Shown here: positions 50,153 to 61,320 of the stretch, in pieces
How the letters are laid out: each line of letters opens with the position of its first letter
How positions within the stretch are numbered: the stretch's first letter is position 1
Assembly: GCA_039815185.1 (NCBI GenBank)
Contig: JBCBZT010000017.1
Location: 72,348 to 136,347 of the forward strand
Source: Cyanobacteria bacterium P01_A01_bin.123
GTDB lineage: Bacteria > Cyanobacteriota > Cyanobacteriia > Phormidesmidales > Phormidesmidaceae
Reading direction: 5' to 3'
DNA length: 64,000 bases
The notes under the pieces: generated by a model
Databases searched by the model: none
Told to the model about the DNA's origin: nothing
What the model saw: only the letters and a program-made list of their open reading frames with translations
Made by a program: the position numbers and the translations under genes

Positions 50153-53134
50153 TCAGTCAATTTTGAATCGACCCACTTCTTCTTGGAGAGCTTGGGCAAC
50201 CGTGTTGAGCTGCTCAAACGAGCTGGATACTCGGTTAGCTTCTTCGGAGTTTTGATTCGCGATCGCAGCGACATTGGTCATACTCATCGTTACTCCCTCT
50301 GAGGCTTTAGACTGTAGGGCGGTTGCCTCGGTAATAGCTTCAACCAGGGTGCTAATCTGTTCACTGGCAGCCGTTATCCGGTTGAGGCTCTGGCGGGTAT
50401 CATCCACCAGTTGTGTCCCATCGACCACCTGCTGGGTACCCACCTCCATGGCCACGACCACTTCATTCGTTTCGGTTTGAATCCCCGCAACAAGTTTTTC
50501 AATTTCGGTGGTCGCTTCAGCAGACTGGCGGGCTAGTTCTCGTACTTCTTCTGCAACCACGGCGAACCCTTTGCCCCCCTCACCGGCTCGGGAAGCCTCA
50601 ATTGAAGCATTCAACGCCAGCATGTTGGTCTGGGCGGCAAACCCACTAATCAAGTTCACCACGTTGGAGATTTTCTGAGAAGATTCACCCAGGCGCTTCA
50701 CCTTCTTGGCGGTTTCAGCCACCGTTTCGCGGATGGCTAAGATCCCGTCTACTGTACGATCCATAGCCTCGTCACCCTCTTGCACCGTCTGGGAAGCCTG
50801 CTGTACTGCTTGTTCGGCGTCCTTCGCGTTATTAGCCACCTGGCGCACAGAATTGGCCATTTCCTGGGCTTGTTCTAGAGCTGCTTCAATCTCATTAGCC
50901 TGCTGTAGAGCTGAGGTTGACAAGTTACGAATTGACTCATCGTTGGCAGTAGTGGTTGAACCGACCTGTTCGGCAGCAATCTTCACCTGGGCCACAATCT
51001 TTCGCAGACTAGACACGGTTGCATTGTAAGAATCAGCCAGGGTGCCAATCTCATCCTCGGTCACCCTAGCGCGCACGGTCAGGTCCCCTTGACTAACCGG
51101 GTCTACTTCCATCAGCAGTTGTAGGGCACTGCGTTGGAGTCCCTCTTTAATCTGCCGCTGTTCTTCGGCTAAGGCCTCAGTCTGTTCCAGCAGCAGCACC
51201 CGTTCGATCACCAGGCTTGTCTGGGTGCCTAACTGTTTAAGGAAGTCAACATCTGATGCCTGCCAGTTATGGCGAGAACGGCAATGATGGGCAATGACAA
51301 GACCATAGAGCTGCTTCTGAGCTTTAAGCGGGACGGCCAGCATAGAGCGCACATCCAAATTGTCGAGCAGCTGCAAATGGGCTGGATGTAATTCAGCGGA
51401 GCGTACATCGTCAACCTGAAAAATTTCACCCGCTAAATATTTGGCCCGAGTTTCCTCGGGAATGCAGGGGTCGCTCAGGCCTTGTTCAAGCGCACTGGGC
51501 AGATTCTCCTTGACTGATTCTGCGGCAATCTCTCCCTCCCAGTTCTTGCCAAACTGATACACCACGACCCGATCGGCTTTGATAATGTCCCGTGCTTCGG
51601 TAACGGCCTGGTTCAACAGGTCGCCTAGCTCTGTGGAACGGATGATGTTGGCACCGGTAATATCTGAGAACAGGGTTGCTTTGCGGGCGTTAAGCGTTTG
51701 TTCGCCCAGGAACCCCTTTACCCGCAGTACCAGTTCATTAAAGGTCCGGGCTAGGTTCTCGGTCTCGGCACTGCCCTTGGGTTCGGCGGTGATTTCAAGG
51801 TTACCGGCTGACACCTGACGGGCTTTGTTCGAGAGATGGTTGAGGGGTGATGAGATCTGCCGAGATAAGCCAACAGTAATTAAGGCCGCCACCCCCCCCA
51901 GCAATATCGTAATCAGGCTAAACACGCCCAACAGTCCTCGACCTTCGGCATTGATCTCGGCGATGTCCATCGATGCGACCGAAACCCAGTCCAGTCGAGG
52001 CATTGTAGACAGGGCGTACTGCTTACCTTCGTATTGGAAGGAGACGACAAAACCTTGCCCTTCTGCAGTTTCTGATAGTTCTCGCACCTGCAATTTTTTA
52101 ATCGGATAGTTGGCTGTCAGGGTGGCCCCCAAATCGTCAGCGCTAATTGCCTCAAGGCTTCGTGCAGCTTCAACGACCTGAGCTGCAACCTGTGTCACAG
52201 TTCTGCCGCCAGTAATCTGCCGCCCGCTATAAGCACTTTTGGGCACAATCCTCTCTTCAGGCGTGAATGTGACAATCGAAAAAGATGAGCTGATATCCAA
52301 CAACTGCACCTGCTGCGACCCCTTAATACCGATGTTCTTGAGGTAGCTGGTTAAAAAAGTCAATTGATTCGAATCGAGAAATACCCTCAGCACGCCTAGA
52401 AACTCGCCATTATCAGGATTTTCAATGCGTTGACTAAGCGAGATCCCAAACAGAAGGGTTGATTCGTCCAACTCAGGATCACTAATCCATTGGGACTGGG
52501 CCTTCCCTTGCTGCCACCATTGATCTCGATAGTGTGCAAAACTAGATGGCATGGCGTTATATCCGACCATCAAACTATTCCGTTCAGTCAGTAATAACTG
52601 GGCAAATCCTTGAGCCTCAGAAAATCGGTTCAAATAATCAATGAGCGCTTGATTTGAAGTAATCTGCTTCGTGTTTGCAAACCGCGCTTCTAAAATCTCC
52701 AAGGGTTGCTGAGGTAAGTCTTCTGCTTCAGCAGCATCAGTTGCTGCTTGAGCTAAATTTTTGATGAAGGGACTAATGCCTAAACCCTCCAGAGCCTCAA
52801 AGTCTTCTTCCATTTTGCGACTAATCCCCTCACTGACCAGCAGCGCTTCACCCTCTAGCTGACTATTGATCTCTGCCTGAACTCGGTTCTGAGTAATCAC
52901 GTAACCGGCAATACTGGCAACCACTAACGGTGCTAGAGACAGTGGCAAAATCGTATTGAGTAGTTGTCTGCTCAGTGAGGCTGAGCGAGTTTTTCGCTGG
53001 CCAACTAAGGCAGTTATATGGGATTTAACGTCAGCATTATTGTTAGCTGGCACAATTGTCATCTCAGACCATGTGTTAGTCTCAGCATTGTTGATTTTGT
53101 CACCGCTGGTGGAATTCAAGGGGGTCGGAGTCAT
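50153..53134 (-). CDS. MCP: TM, Cache-like periplasmic domain, TM, HAMP, DXCIP GAF, MA domain
   Basis: QWWQQGK..ISDPELD (Cache-like), DPCIP..HPAH, and [31 protein letters not shown]. Confidence 0.9.
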   Translation of the reverse strand: MTPTPLNSTSGDKINNAETNTWSEMTIVPANNNADVKSHITALVGQRKTRSASLSRQLLNTILPLSLAPLVVASIAGYVITQNRVQAEINSQLEGEALLVSEGISRKMEEDFEALEGLGISPFIKNLAQAATDAAEAEDLPQQPLEILEARFANTKQITSNQALIDYLNRFSEAQGFAQLLLTERNSLMVGYNAMPSSFAHYRDQWWQQGKAQSQWISDPELDESTLLFGISLSQRIENPDNGEFLGVLRVFLDSNQLTFLTSYLKNIGIKGSQQVQLLDISSSFSIVTFTPEERIVPKSAYSGRQITGGRTVTQVAAQVVEAARSLEAISADDLGATLTANYPIKKLQVRELSETAEGQGFVVSFQYEGKQYALSTMPRLDWVSVASMDIAEINAEGRGLLGVFSLITILLGGVAALITVGLSRQISSPLNHLSNKARQVSAGNLEITAEPKGSAETENLARTFNELVLRVKGFLGEQTLNARKATLFSDITGANIIRSTELGDLLNQAVTEARDIIKADRVVVYQFGKNWEGEIAAESVKENLPSALEQGLSDPCIPEETRAKYLAGEIFQVDDVRSAELHPAHLQLLDNLDVRSMLAVPLKAQKQLYGLVIAHHCRSRHNWQASDVDFLKQLGTQTSLVIERVLLLEQTEALAEEQRQIKEGLQRSALQLLMEVDPVSQGDLTVRARVTEDEIGTLADSYNATVSSLRKIVAQVKIAAEQVGSTTTANDESIRNLSTSALQQANEIEAALEQAQEMANSVRQVANNAKDAEQAVQQASQTVQEGDEAMDRTVDGILAIRETVAETAKKVKRLGESSQKISNVVNLISGFAAQTNMLALNASIEASRAGEGGKGFAVVAEEVRELARQSAEATTEIEKLVAGIQTETNEVVVAMEVGTQQVVDGTQLVDDTRQSLNRITAASEQISTLVEAITEATALQSKASEGVTMSMTNVAAIANQNSEEANRVSSSFEQLNTVAQALQEEVGRFKID

Positions 53135-53334
53135 TGTGATAGACCTTTCTGTTTACGTAATGGGCACAACCTACTCGCCCATGCGTCTGGAGATGAGTAG
53201 GGGGATAAAAACGGTTTAGCCTTGTCCACAACGAGTCAAAACTTCTTAAAGCTCGCCCCCGTGCTCTAGGCCAAGTCATTTTGGGAACTGTTAATCAAGC
53301 CGAGGAAATCTGCTCCTCTGATCTGGAATCAGGT

Positions 53335-54303
53335 TTATTGGGCGTCCCAACTGCGCAGCTGGAGTTCTGAAATCAGTTGGTCAACGGCCGCATAATCCGC
53401 AGCAGGCACAAAACTTTCAAGGTTGGCAGCCTCTAAGGCTGGGCTATCCGGCGGCATGTTCAACAGTGCCTGTTGGACTGACTCAACTAGAGCAGGTGGT
53501 GCACTGCTGGTGGCAGATACCGCCCAGGTCGGATAGAGACGCGTTGTGTGCTCGTAGATGAATCCGTCCTCTTGCTTCGGCTCAAGTACCCGAACCTGAC
53601 TCGTATCAGCGATCAAGCCGCTTTTGACCATGGTCTCTAGCTGTCCAGTGCGCACAAAGCCAAAATCAAGGTCACCGTTGACAACGTTCAAAACAATATC
53701 GTTTTGCGATGGAATTTCCAGTAGGCTATCAAAGTCCAGAAATGGATTGACATCGTTTTGCTGCACATGCAGCACTTGAAACAGACACCCTGCCGCTGCG
53801 GTTTCTAAAGAGACGCAGGCTCCGTTTTTACCTTTTAAGTCTTCAATACTGCTGATATCGCTATCACTTTTGACAATGATTTGACCGGCAAACTGTGCCC
53901 CAGTATTTGGTTGTGACTGGGTTATGATCAACTCCGTGTTATAGAGGCGGCGCATTTGCACCGATGCCAGGGGATTGCTAATGACAAAGTCAAGCGTGCC
54001 CTGTGCAACTTCTAAGAATTGGGTTGTCTGTGCCAGGGGAACCAGTTCAACGGGGCGTCCAATCTCCTTAGATAAATAATCTAATATTGGGTCATACTGT
54101 TCGCGCACAGATTCAATATTCCGAATAACCAGCACACCAACTTGAACGGCATCATCAGGGCCGCGATCAGTAGCATTTGACGGGGAAGCTGAGTCTGAAG
54201 CATTGTTGTTTGAGCTACAGCTTGCCAGTGGCACCATCAACACAGTGAATAGCCCCATCAAAATCGCAATTTGGTGAAATCGACGAGTGGAGAGAGTCTT
54301 CAT
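53335..54303 (-). CDS. Phosphate/phosphite/phosphonate-type (PhnD-like) substrate-binding lipoprotein
   Basis: Lipobox LASC, YDPILDYLSKEIGRPV, IIVKSDSDISSIEDLKGK, VVNGDLDFG and FVPAADY motifs. Confidence 0.8.
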   Translation of the reverse strand: MKTLSTRRFHQIAILMGLFTVLMVPLASCSSNNNASDSASPSNATDRGPDDAVQVGVLVIRNIESVREQYDPILDYLSKEIGRPVELVPLAQTTQFLEVAQGTLDFVISNPLASVQMRRLYNTELIITQSQPNTGAQFAGQIIVKSDSDISSIEDLKGKNGACVSLETAAAGCLFQVLHVQQNDVNPFLDFDSLLEIPSQNDIVLNVVNGDLDFGFVRTGQLETMVKSGLIADTSQVRVLEPKQEDGFIYEHTTRLYPTWAVSATSSAPPALVESVQQALLNMPPDSPALEAANLESFVPAADYAAVDQLISELQLRSWDAQ

Positions 54304-54553
54304 GGATTAATCTGACCTTTCAGTTAAGGACTTATTGTCAATTTTGTGCACCCCAACTCGAAGGAAGTTCATGCTAAGAAGCTTCCGATCATATAGTATT
54401 TAGAACAGTTCAAATAGCCTTAATTAAACATGATCTATATCTAAGTCTATGGTTTCCGATTAAGCTAAATGCTCAGATCTTTAGAATATGCTTTGTTGAA
54501 ATTAGGATCGGAGTCAGTAGGTAACCTTATGAGCTTTTGCCGCGTCATTACTT

Positions 54554-55132
54554 TTATCGTGTTATAGGTTGATCTGCCGTTGTTATTGCATTCAAAACTG
54601 CTTCGCCGTTTAAGATCCAGTGATCTTTGCTAGTGTCTCCTCTCCAATAGCCCTCTAGAAACGGTCTGATCGTTTCAGGTATTGCCAAATTGGTAATCGC
54701 CTGGATCAGCTCTGGTTCACAAATAACCATGTCGCTCACCCGATTGACCACGAGTCCTAGCACCGACGCTTTGACGTTAGAGGGGACTTGTTCCGACTGA
54801 CCTTTAAGCACGACCACTGTATGCTTTGATACGTAGTTCTTTTGCTGATACCAAGGTGAAAACCCAACCAAATGATTGAGGTCAATGACCCACAAGATAT
54901 CTCCTCGCCAGTTGTAGACACCTATCACCCATGGAGGCATTTGAAACATCGGCACAACTTGGCTGGTTGAAATTGTTAGGATCTCAAACAGATTAAGAAC
55001 CGATAGCAATATTGGCGTTTCAACCTCAAGCGCAAGTTGTATAAACTGCCGATCAGGCGATATGACTGGAATTTCGTTATCGGTAGTCTCCGTGGGCACA
55101 TTGCTATTGCTTAGTAAAGCGTCAGATGTCAT
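54554..55132 (-). CDS. cheW: CheW-like adaptor, operon 2
   Basis: VPMFQMPPWVIGVYNWRGDILWVIDL and LGLVV motifs. Confidence 0.9.
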   Translation of the reverse strand: MTSDALLSNSNVPTETTDNEIPVISPDRQFIQLALEVETPILLSVLNLFEILTISTSQVVPMFQMPPWVIGVYNWRGDILWVIDLNHLVGFSPWYQQKNYVSKHTVVVLKGQSEQVPSNVKASVLGLVVNRVSDMVICEPELIQAITNLAIPETIRPFLEGYWRGDTSKDHWILNGEAVLNAITTADQPITR

Positions 55133-55155
55133 GACTAACTCTAGTTTCTAGGGGG

Positions 55156-55527
55156 CTAACTTCTAGGCGATCCCAGGAGCTTGTTAATGGTTTCATTGAA
55201 ATCATCTTGATCGAGGGGTTTGGTTAGATAGGCATCAGCGCCCTGCTTCATACCCCAAAACTTATCAATCTCAGTGCCCTTTGTAGAGCAAATGACAATC
55301 GGAGTTTTTGAGCCACCCTCATCTTTAAGATCACGACAGATTTCGAATCCGCTGCGATCGGGAAGGACAACATCAAGAATAATCAGATCAAACTGATTGT
55401 TTTTAACTTTGTCAAAGGCTTCTGCAGCATTCTGGGCGACGATAAAGTTAATCCCGTTGCACTGCAAAAGGCCAGTGATAATCTCCTTATCAGTCATACT
55501 ATCTTCGACGACAAGAGCAGTAGTCAT
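55156..55527 (-). CDS. Single-domain response regulator (CheY-like), operon 2
   Basis: LVVEDS, LDVVLP and WGMKQGADAYLTKP motifs. Start probably 55527. Confidence 0.9.
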   Translation of the reverse strand: MTTALVVEDSMTDKEIITGLLQCNGINFIVAQNAAEAFDKVKNNQFDLIILDVVLPDRSGFEICRDLKDEGGSKTPIVICSTKGTEIDKFWGMKQGADAYLTKPLDQDDFNETINKLLGSPRS

Positions 55528-55619
55528 TGCAACCTCCAAGTAGATAAAGTAAATAGAACTCGTTAACTTGAAACACCAGTCATCTAATCGGGAAAATGGA
55601 TCAACTAAAGCGGGTAGCT

Positions 55620-56828
55620 TTATTGATTGATAGCTGCTGGAACAGCTAAGTGCTGATGAATTTTGCTTAAGATGATCTCTGCATCAACTGGCTTACTTAC
55701 AAAGTCAGTTGCGCCCATCAGTCGGGCTCTTACCTGATCGACAACGCCGTCATTGCCGCTTAGGATAATAATTGGGGTACTGCTAAATTTAGAGACTTTA
55801 CGCAATTGGCTACAGATTTCATATCCGTTTGTGTATGGCATGACAAGATCTAAAAAGATAATGTCTGGTTTTTTTGACAAGAGATTTGACATAGCTCTCA
55901 AGGGTTCTTGTACTGCCAAAAACCGATAGCCTTCCGATTGAACAATTTGTTCCATAAACCGACAGACTAAAGGACTGTCATCGACACAGGCAATCAATGC
56001 CCAGTCATTTTTGAGTTCTGGAGAAAAAGGAGCTTTAGCCTCAGGGACCTCCGTTGAGGGTGTGCAGTCTGAAATGTCATTTAGGTCAATCCATCCCAAC
56101 TGGATAAAGGTTTTCAGCGCCTGGGTAATTTGGATGACATCCCGACCCATTTTGACGGCGATATCTCGCAAACTATTTCGGCCATTGAGTAGGGTGACGA
56201 GTACCTCATAAAGTTGCCGATTGGTTTTTTCTTGAATCTTCTCAGGTTGTCTAATCACTGGAGCCTGGTCTGGAAAATGACCGTCCAGATTTAATTTTTG
56301 CCAATCTTCCCAGAAGCAATATGCGCTTTGAACAACACTTTCCTCGTTGATGAAGATAGGGTTCTGCGTCACAGGAAGAGACTTGCCTTCGATGACGGTA
56401 TAGGTTGCGTTCTTAGCCAGAAAGAGATCGAATAAAACTTCTTCTAGGATTCTCCTGGTGATACCAACGACCTCGCTTTGGTCAAGTTCACCGTTTTGTA
56501 AGTAGTCACGTATTTGTGCGTACTCTTGGTGAGCGAGTCGCTCCAAGTTAGTCTCGTGTGAGAGATCAAGACCCAATGCCGATAAGTTGATCTCAAGCTC
56601 AGTGACATGCGGCTGTAGCGTTCTTTGCCAGCGCCTCAGGGGATGCTTCCCGCCAGTGGCATATAAAAGACGTCCTGTATCAAAGAAGAATACCCATTGG
56701 TTGTCTGAATTATCTTTCCAAATAATTTCGCCTGAAAATTTAATGCTGGTCAGTGCCTTAAATAGGCTAATTTTTTTGGTTGCGGAGATGCTTGGTGATT
56801 GGGCTGGATAAAGAGAGACTGATTGCAT
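55620..56828 (-). CDS. PatA-type response regulator, operon 2
   Basis: FSGEI..WVFFFDTGRLLYATGGKHPLRRW, an HTH-like SLRDIAVKM segment, and REC IACVDDS..LDLVMP. Confidence 0.9.
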   Translation of the reverse strand: MQSVSLYPAQSPSISATKKISLFKALTSIKFSGEIIWKDNSDNQWVFFFDTGRLLYATGGKHPLRRWQRTLQPHVTELEINLSALGLDLSHETNLERLAHQEYAQIRDYLQNGELDQSEVVGITRRILEEVLFDLFLAKNATYTVIEGKSLPVTQNPIFINEESVVQSAYCFWEDWQKLNLDGHFPDQAPVIRQPEKIQEKTNRQLYEVLVTLLNGRNSLRDIAVKMGRDVIQITQALKTFIQLGWIDLNDISDCTPSTEVPEAKAPFSPELKNDWALIACVDDSPLVCRFMEQIVQSEGYRFLAVQEPLRAMSNLLSKKPDIIFLDLVMPYTNGYEICSQLRKVSKFSSTPIIILSGNDGVVDQVRARLMGATDFVSKPVDAEIILSKIHQHLAVPAAINQ

Positions 56829-58177
56829 ATGACTGAATCCTTGAAATGAAGATGGCTTTGGTATCTAAAGCGCTACGGAACCAGCTACTTTAAAGTCTGC
56901 ACGATTAAGACATAGGGATTTCAGCATTGCTACTCGAAGCCGTACTGGTAACCCTGATTATTTAAGTAAGGTTATCTCGCTGACAGTAGTCAGCTTTGCC
57001 CTACCAGATTGAATCATTCAAGATGACCATTAAAGTTAAGCTGGCTAGACATTCAGGAATTCTGAGTTGGGAGAAATTACGTGTATCTACAGGGAAGACG
57101 TGTTGAGTCATTTTGCTTACTTTACTTTACTCTTCAGAAACAGCTAATTTTAGCTGCCTATTTATCGCTTGAGTGATCCCCAGTGAGCTGAAATTCTTGG
57201 TATTAAATCGGCTCTGGGCTACCCTCAATAACTATTAGACAGCGTAAGCCGATGTTTGTTTCCAAGACACTGATTCAGATGTGAGATATTAATCTCACTT
57301 TATGTGGCTGATTAAGTAGTTGCATAAAGTTGAGTTGTGTGAAAATCTCAACTCATGTGTTTTTGTGTGTTATGGCTCAAGCCTCTAGTTTCAACTTAAG
57401 ACTCGGTAGATGTGTGCGAAAATCTGATAGATGCTGTGTGGAAAAAGTCAGGGTTGTGGTTAACCCAGTCGTGACCTTTAATTTAGCTTAGATGGGTGGC
57501 TAGAGTATTTACTTGGAAAAGTTTGTCGGGGACGATACTCTATTGTGGAGTTGGCAAATGTACCTATCTTAAAAGTACCATATTTTTGCTCATTAACGAT
57601 GAGAAAATGATGACTTTAGGTCGAAACAGTTACCTGTTTGGGGGGCTCATTGGTAACCTTTTGGCTCACGCCTATACTCGTACAAAAAGCTTCAGTCTGG
57701 CAAGGGGAATAGTCAGAGTTAATCAAACCTTTATAAGTTTTTTGGGCATTAAGAATTTGAATTTTTAAATATTATCCGAATTATAGGAAATCTGAGAGAT
57801 ATGACTGAGTTAGGGAGGTACTTGAAGAGATATTAGAAAATATTTGTCTGTCTCCGCTGCGTCTTCTTTAAACTTTAAAATCTGTAGTGCTGATTAAAAG
57901 AGAGTTAGTAGGAGCGGTTTTAGCTAACTGTGATTTTTATTGGCTGAAGCTTAATAGGAGAAATTTTCTGCCAGAAATACTGTCTGTAAACTCTCTATAT
58001 CCAGGACTGGATTTTTCTTAAAAGCAAAACTCTACATCCTCAGCTAGAAGTAGTTTGTAAGGCAGGATGTTGCAACTAATTCTTTAACGTTCTCATCTCA
58101 TGTTTTATATTTCACCTGTGAAGCGGCTTGAACTTCCTAGTCCTCAGTTTGCTCGCAGGTGACAGTCGCAAATTAGA

Positions 58178-59398
58178 TTACTGATTCTGCAATAGTGATT
58201 GAAGTTGATTGGTTGGAAATAAGCCTATCCAAACTAGATTTTGACTATAGTAAGCGGAGCGATCGCCCCAGATGCCAGCCTTATACTGAGGGGCGATTTG
58301 GCGCTGATAAATGTCGATCGCGATCGCGGGATCAACATCCTGCAATCCGACATAGAGCATGGCGTACTGAGCGATCGCGTCGTAGTCTGCTTGGGGTTGA
58401 CCTTGCAAATCAAACTCAGCTGGGATGCTTTGGTTGGCTTGCCACCAAGTTTTTATAGATTTTAGGTGATCGTTGAGATATGCCTCAGCCGGAGCGGCAT
58501 CAAACAAAGCTTGATCCCAGGCGATGCGCCACCAAACGCGATAGGCGTCAAAGCCGTACTGATTTTTCAGTGTACTTGTACTCGTTGCAGGGATGGGTTC
58601 AAAATCGCCCGATGCCCGATTAAGTGCGACCCAGTCACTGGGTAAGTTGAGGGTGGAGAGATCGGCTGAATTTTCTAAAACCTGATAGCTGCTATCAACC
58701 AGCGATAGCCAGTTGCGATCGCGATCAACCTCTGCAAACAGTCGGAAGGCATAGGGTGCTAAGTAGGATGGATTGAGATAGACATGGGTTTCGCTTTGAA
58801 ACGCGATCGCAGGGCCTGGCAGTAAATACCTTTGGTCGTTGATGGCAATTGTCGAATAGTCCCAAATGTCTTTTAACTTAGCCCGCGCTAGGTCTAGATA
58901 TTCGGGTCGTTGCCATTGACGAGCAGCCAAAATGAGCGCAAAAGCCGCATCGATGTCGGCGTCGCTGGCAAAATTAGCGTCTATTAATCCCCATTGCTCC
59001 CCTGCTTGCTGTCCCCACTTCCAACCCCAAAGCTGATCGATCACCTGATCACCTTGCTTTCGGCGCAGATTATTTTCTGCCCAATTTAGGGTGTTCGCAA
59101 ACGTTGTGGGGTCATCGACCAAAACGGCCCGCAGCATGGCATAGGCTTGGCCTTCTGAAACGGTGCGATCGCCTGCTTCAAAATCAATCACACGGCCATC
59201 CGCTTGAATGAACTGCTGCCGATACACCTGCCAGCTTTCGGCCAAAAGTGCTTGTGTCTCGGCTTCTGAGGTCACTTTTGATGATGCTAAGTCATGTTCT
59301 GGCTCGGTAAAGCGATCGCTGGTTGAGCAGGCAGTCAATACCGCCAGCATAAGTGCCATCAAAAAGTGACATATCTTAATGATTTTGTTGCGAGACAT
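58178..59398 (-). CDS. bcsZ: Glycoside hydrolase family 8 endoglucanase lipoprotein (BcsZ-like)
   Basis: Lipobox LTAC, DGRVID, TVSEGQAYAM, ASDAD, NPSY and FDAYRV motifs. Confidence 0.85.
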   Translation of the reverse strand: MSRNKIIKICHFLMALMLAVLTACSTSDRFTEPEHDLASSKVTSEAETQALLAESWQVYRQQFIQADGRVIDFEAGDRTVSEGQAYAMLRAVLVDDPTTFANTLNWAENNLRRKQGDQVIDQLWGWKWGQQAGEQWGLIDANFASDADIDAAFALILAARQWQRPEYLDLARAKLKDIWDYSTIAINDQRYLLPGPAIAFQSETHVYLNPSYLAPYAFRLFAEVDRDRNWLSLVDSSYQVLENSADLSTLNLPSDWVALNRASGDFEPIPATSTSTLKNQYGFDAYRVWWRIAWDQALFDAAPAEAYLNDHLKSIKTWWQANQSIPAEFDLQGQPQADYDAIAQYAMLYVGLQDVDPAIAIDIYQRQIAPQYKAGIWGDRSAYYSQNLVWIGLFPTNQLQSLLQNQ

Positions 59399-59873
59399 GT
59401 CTATCGGTCTAGACTTCTACGTGAAGTAGCTTAACTCACCGTCCTTCTTTACGTATTCTGGCGGATTTTTAAGATACAGGAAATTAATCAAATTCAAGTT
59501 GCTGCTAAGTAGACGCCGAATCTTGGACTATTTGCTCAAAATGTGTGTCCCTCCTTACGTGAGAACACGCTGCGAGAACCGCATAGTCCGATAGGATGCA
59601 AAAGCCAATGCGTTACTGATGTCCGAGTTCTGCATCCTAGGTTCCTTTGTTATCAGGCTTTCTCGGCTTCAATCGCTCCCGAAAAGAAGACCTTCACATG
59701 GATTTGAAGATTGTAAATTTTGGAATAAGCGTTGCTGTTATTGGGCAACCTTAGCTGTGTTAAGCGGTCATGCTTAACTGGCCTCGATCAGGGCTATCTG
59801 CTTAAACGACGCTGATTGATTTTAGAGATCAGTGCCGCTAGAGCTTCGTTATGGGTGCTATCGACTATCTATA

Positions 59874-59936
59874 CCTTGTCCAAGTTCAGACCAAGCATTT
59901 TATCTGTAGAGAAACTCTAGATCCGAACTGGACTTG
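59874..59936 (+). repeat. Palindromic dispersed repeat family B, copy 2
   Basis: CCTTGTCCAAGTTCAG..TTTTATCTGTAGAGAAAC..CCGAACTGGACTTG. Confidence 0.7.
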
Positions 59937-59978
59937 ATTTAAGGAGCTTTAATCAGCCAAAACATCTCTGCTATTGCG

Positions 59979-61154
59979 ATGCTTCATCGACGATTAATTC
60001 GCTTCATTGTTTGCGCCGTTTTAGGTGCGATCGCAGTGCTTTCTCTGTCTTTTAGCAATGCGCCTCAATTGGCGATCGCTGCTGATACACAGGCGCTGCC
60101 GCCGATGCCGCTTTCGACTCGAGGTGCCCAGATTATTGATGCTGCGGGTGCTCCTATCTTGCTGCGGGGGGTCAACTGGTTTGGCCTTGAAACCGAAACC
60201 CATGCACCCCATGGTCTTTGGGCTCGCGATTATAAAGACATGCTGGCGCAGATTAAAAGTCTGGGCTACAACTTTATCCGCATTCCATTCTCAATTACGT
60301 CTTTGCGCTCTGACACACTCAGTGGCATTGACTTCGAGATTGGAGAGAATGCCGAGCTTTGGGACAAATCGCCTGTAGAAGTTTTAGATTTAATTATTCG
60401 AGAGGCTGAGCGCCAAGATCTTTTGATTCTGCTGGACAGTCATCAGCTCAATGACCAGTTTATTCCAGAGCTTTGGTATGACGACGAGTACAGCGAAGCT
60501 GACTGGATTGGAACGTGGACGATGCTGGCCCAACGCTATCGAGATCAATCCAACATTCTAGGGGCTGACCTGCAGAACGAACCCCATGGACAGGCGAGCT
60601 GGGGCACTGGTGTGATTGAAACAGACTGGCGCTTAGCTGCAGAACGGGCCGGGAATGCGATTTTGGCGGTTAACCCCGATTGGTTAATTGTGGTGCAGGG
60701 CGTCGAAAAGAATGTGCCTGACCAGCAGCTTGAGATTCACTGGCAAGGCGGCAATTTAGAAGGCGCAGGTCGCTATCCCGTCAGACTTTCAGCAGCCAAT
60801 AAACTGGTTTATTCTCCCCATGAGTATGGGGCAGGGGTTTTTGACCAGCCTTGGTTTTCTGAACCTGAATTTCCAGACAATTTGTGCGATCGCTGGGAGA
60901 TCGGCTTCCACTATTTAGCCACTGAAAACATCGCGCCCATTTTGATCGGAGAATTTGGCGGACGGCAGGTAGATGACCAATCGACTGAAGGCATTTGGCA
61001 GCGAGAATTCGTTGATTTTATCAATGAAAACGATTTGAGCTTTGCCTACTGGAGTTGGAACCCCAACAGTGCCGATACGGGCGGCATCTTGCTTGATGAC
61101 TGGCAGCAAATTGATGCTGATAAACAGGCGCTCTTAGCGACGACGCTACCATAA
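59979..61154 (+). CDS. Secreted glycoside hydrolase family 5 endoglucanase
   Basis: Signal peptide, GVNWFGLET, PHGLWAR, catalytic NEPH and IGEFGG, and YWSWNPNSADTGG. Confidence 0.9.
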   Translation: MLHRRLIRFIVCAVLGAIAVLSLSFSNAPQLAIAADTQALPPMPLSTRGAQIIDAAGAPILLRGVNWFGLETETHAPHGLWARDYKDMLAQIKSLGYNFIRIPFSITSLRSDTLSGIDFEIGENAELWDKSPVEVLDLIIREAERQDLLILLDSHQLNDQFIPELWYDDEYSEADWIGTWTMLAQRYRDQSNILGADLQNEPHGQASWGTGVIETDWRLAAERAGNAILAVNPDWLIVVQGVEKNVPDQQLEIHWQGGNLEGAGRYPVRLSAANKLVYSPHEYGAGVFDQPWFSEPEFPDNLCDRWEIGFHYLATENIAPILIGEFGGRQVDDQSTEGIWQREFVDFINENDLSFAYWSWNPNSADTGGILLDDWQQIDADKQALLATTLP

Positions 61155-61320
61155 GAGATGCTGTTGGGTTAGCTAAATTGGCAAGCGCCCAGTGGCAAAA
61201 AGGCGATATCCCAAGGTCATGGCGATCATCGACACAAAGAATTGCCATAGGCTAATGGGGTTCAGGACAGCTTGACTGCAAAAAATATAAGGAGGTAACC
61301 AAAGCTGTAGTTGAGTTTGT

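Noticed and set aside
57496..57768. 90-aa ORF upstream of patA2
   Set aside because: GTG start, AT-rich, no recognisable domain.
59592..59639. TAGGATGCA/TGCATCCTA stem with CTGATG in the loop, suggesting a hammerhead ribozyme
   Set aside because: It lacks the CUGAUGA core with a properly placed GAAA and three-helix junction.
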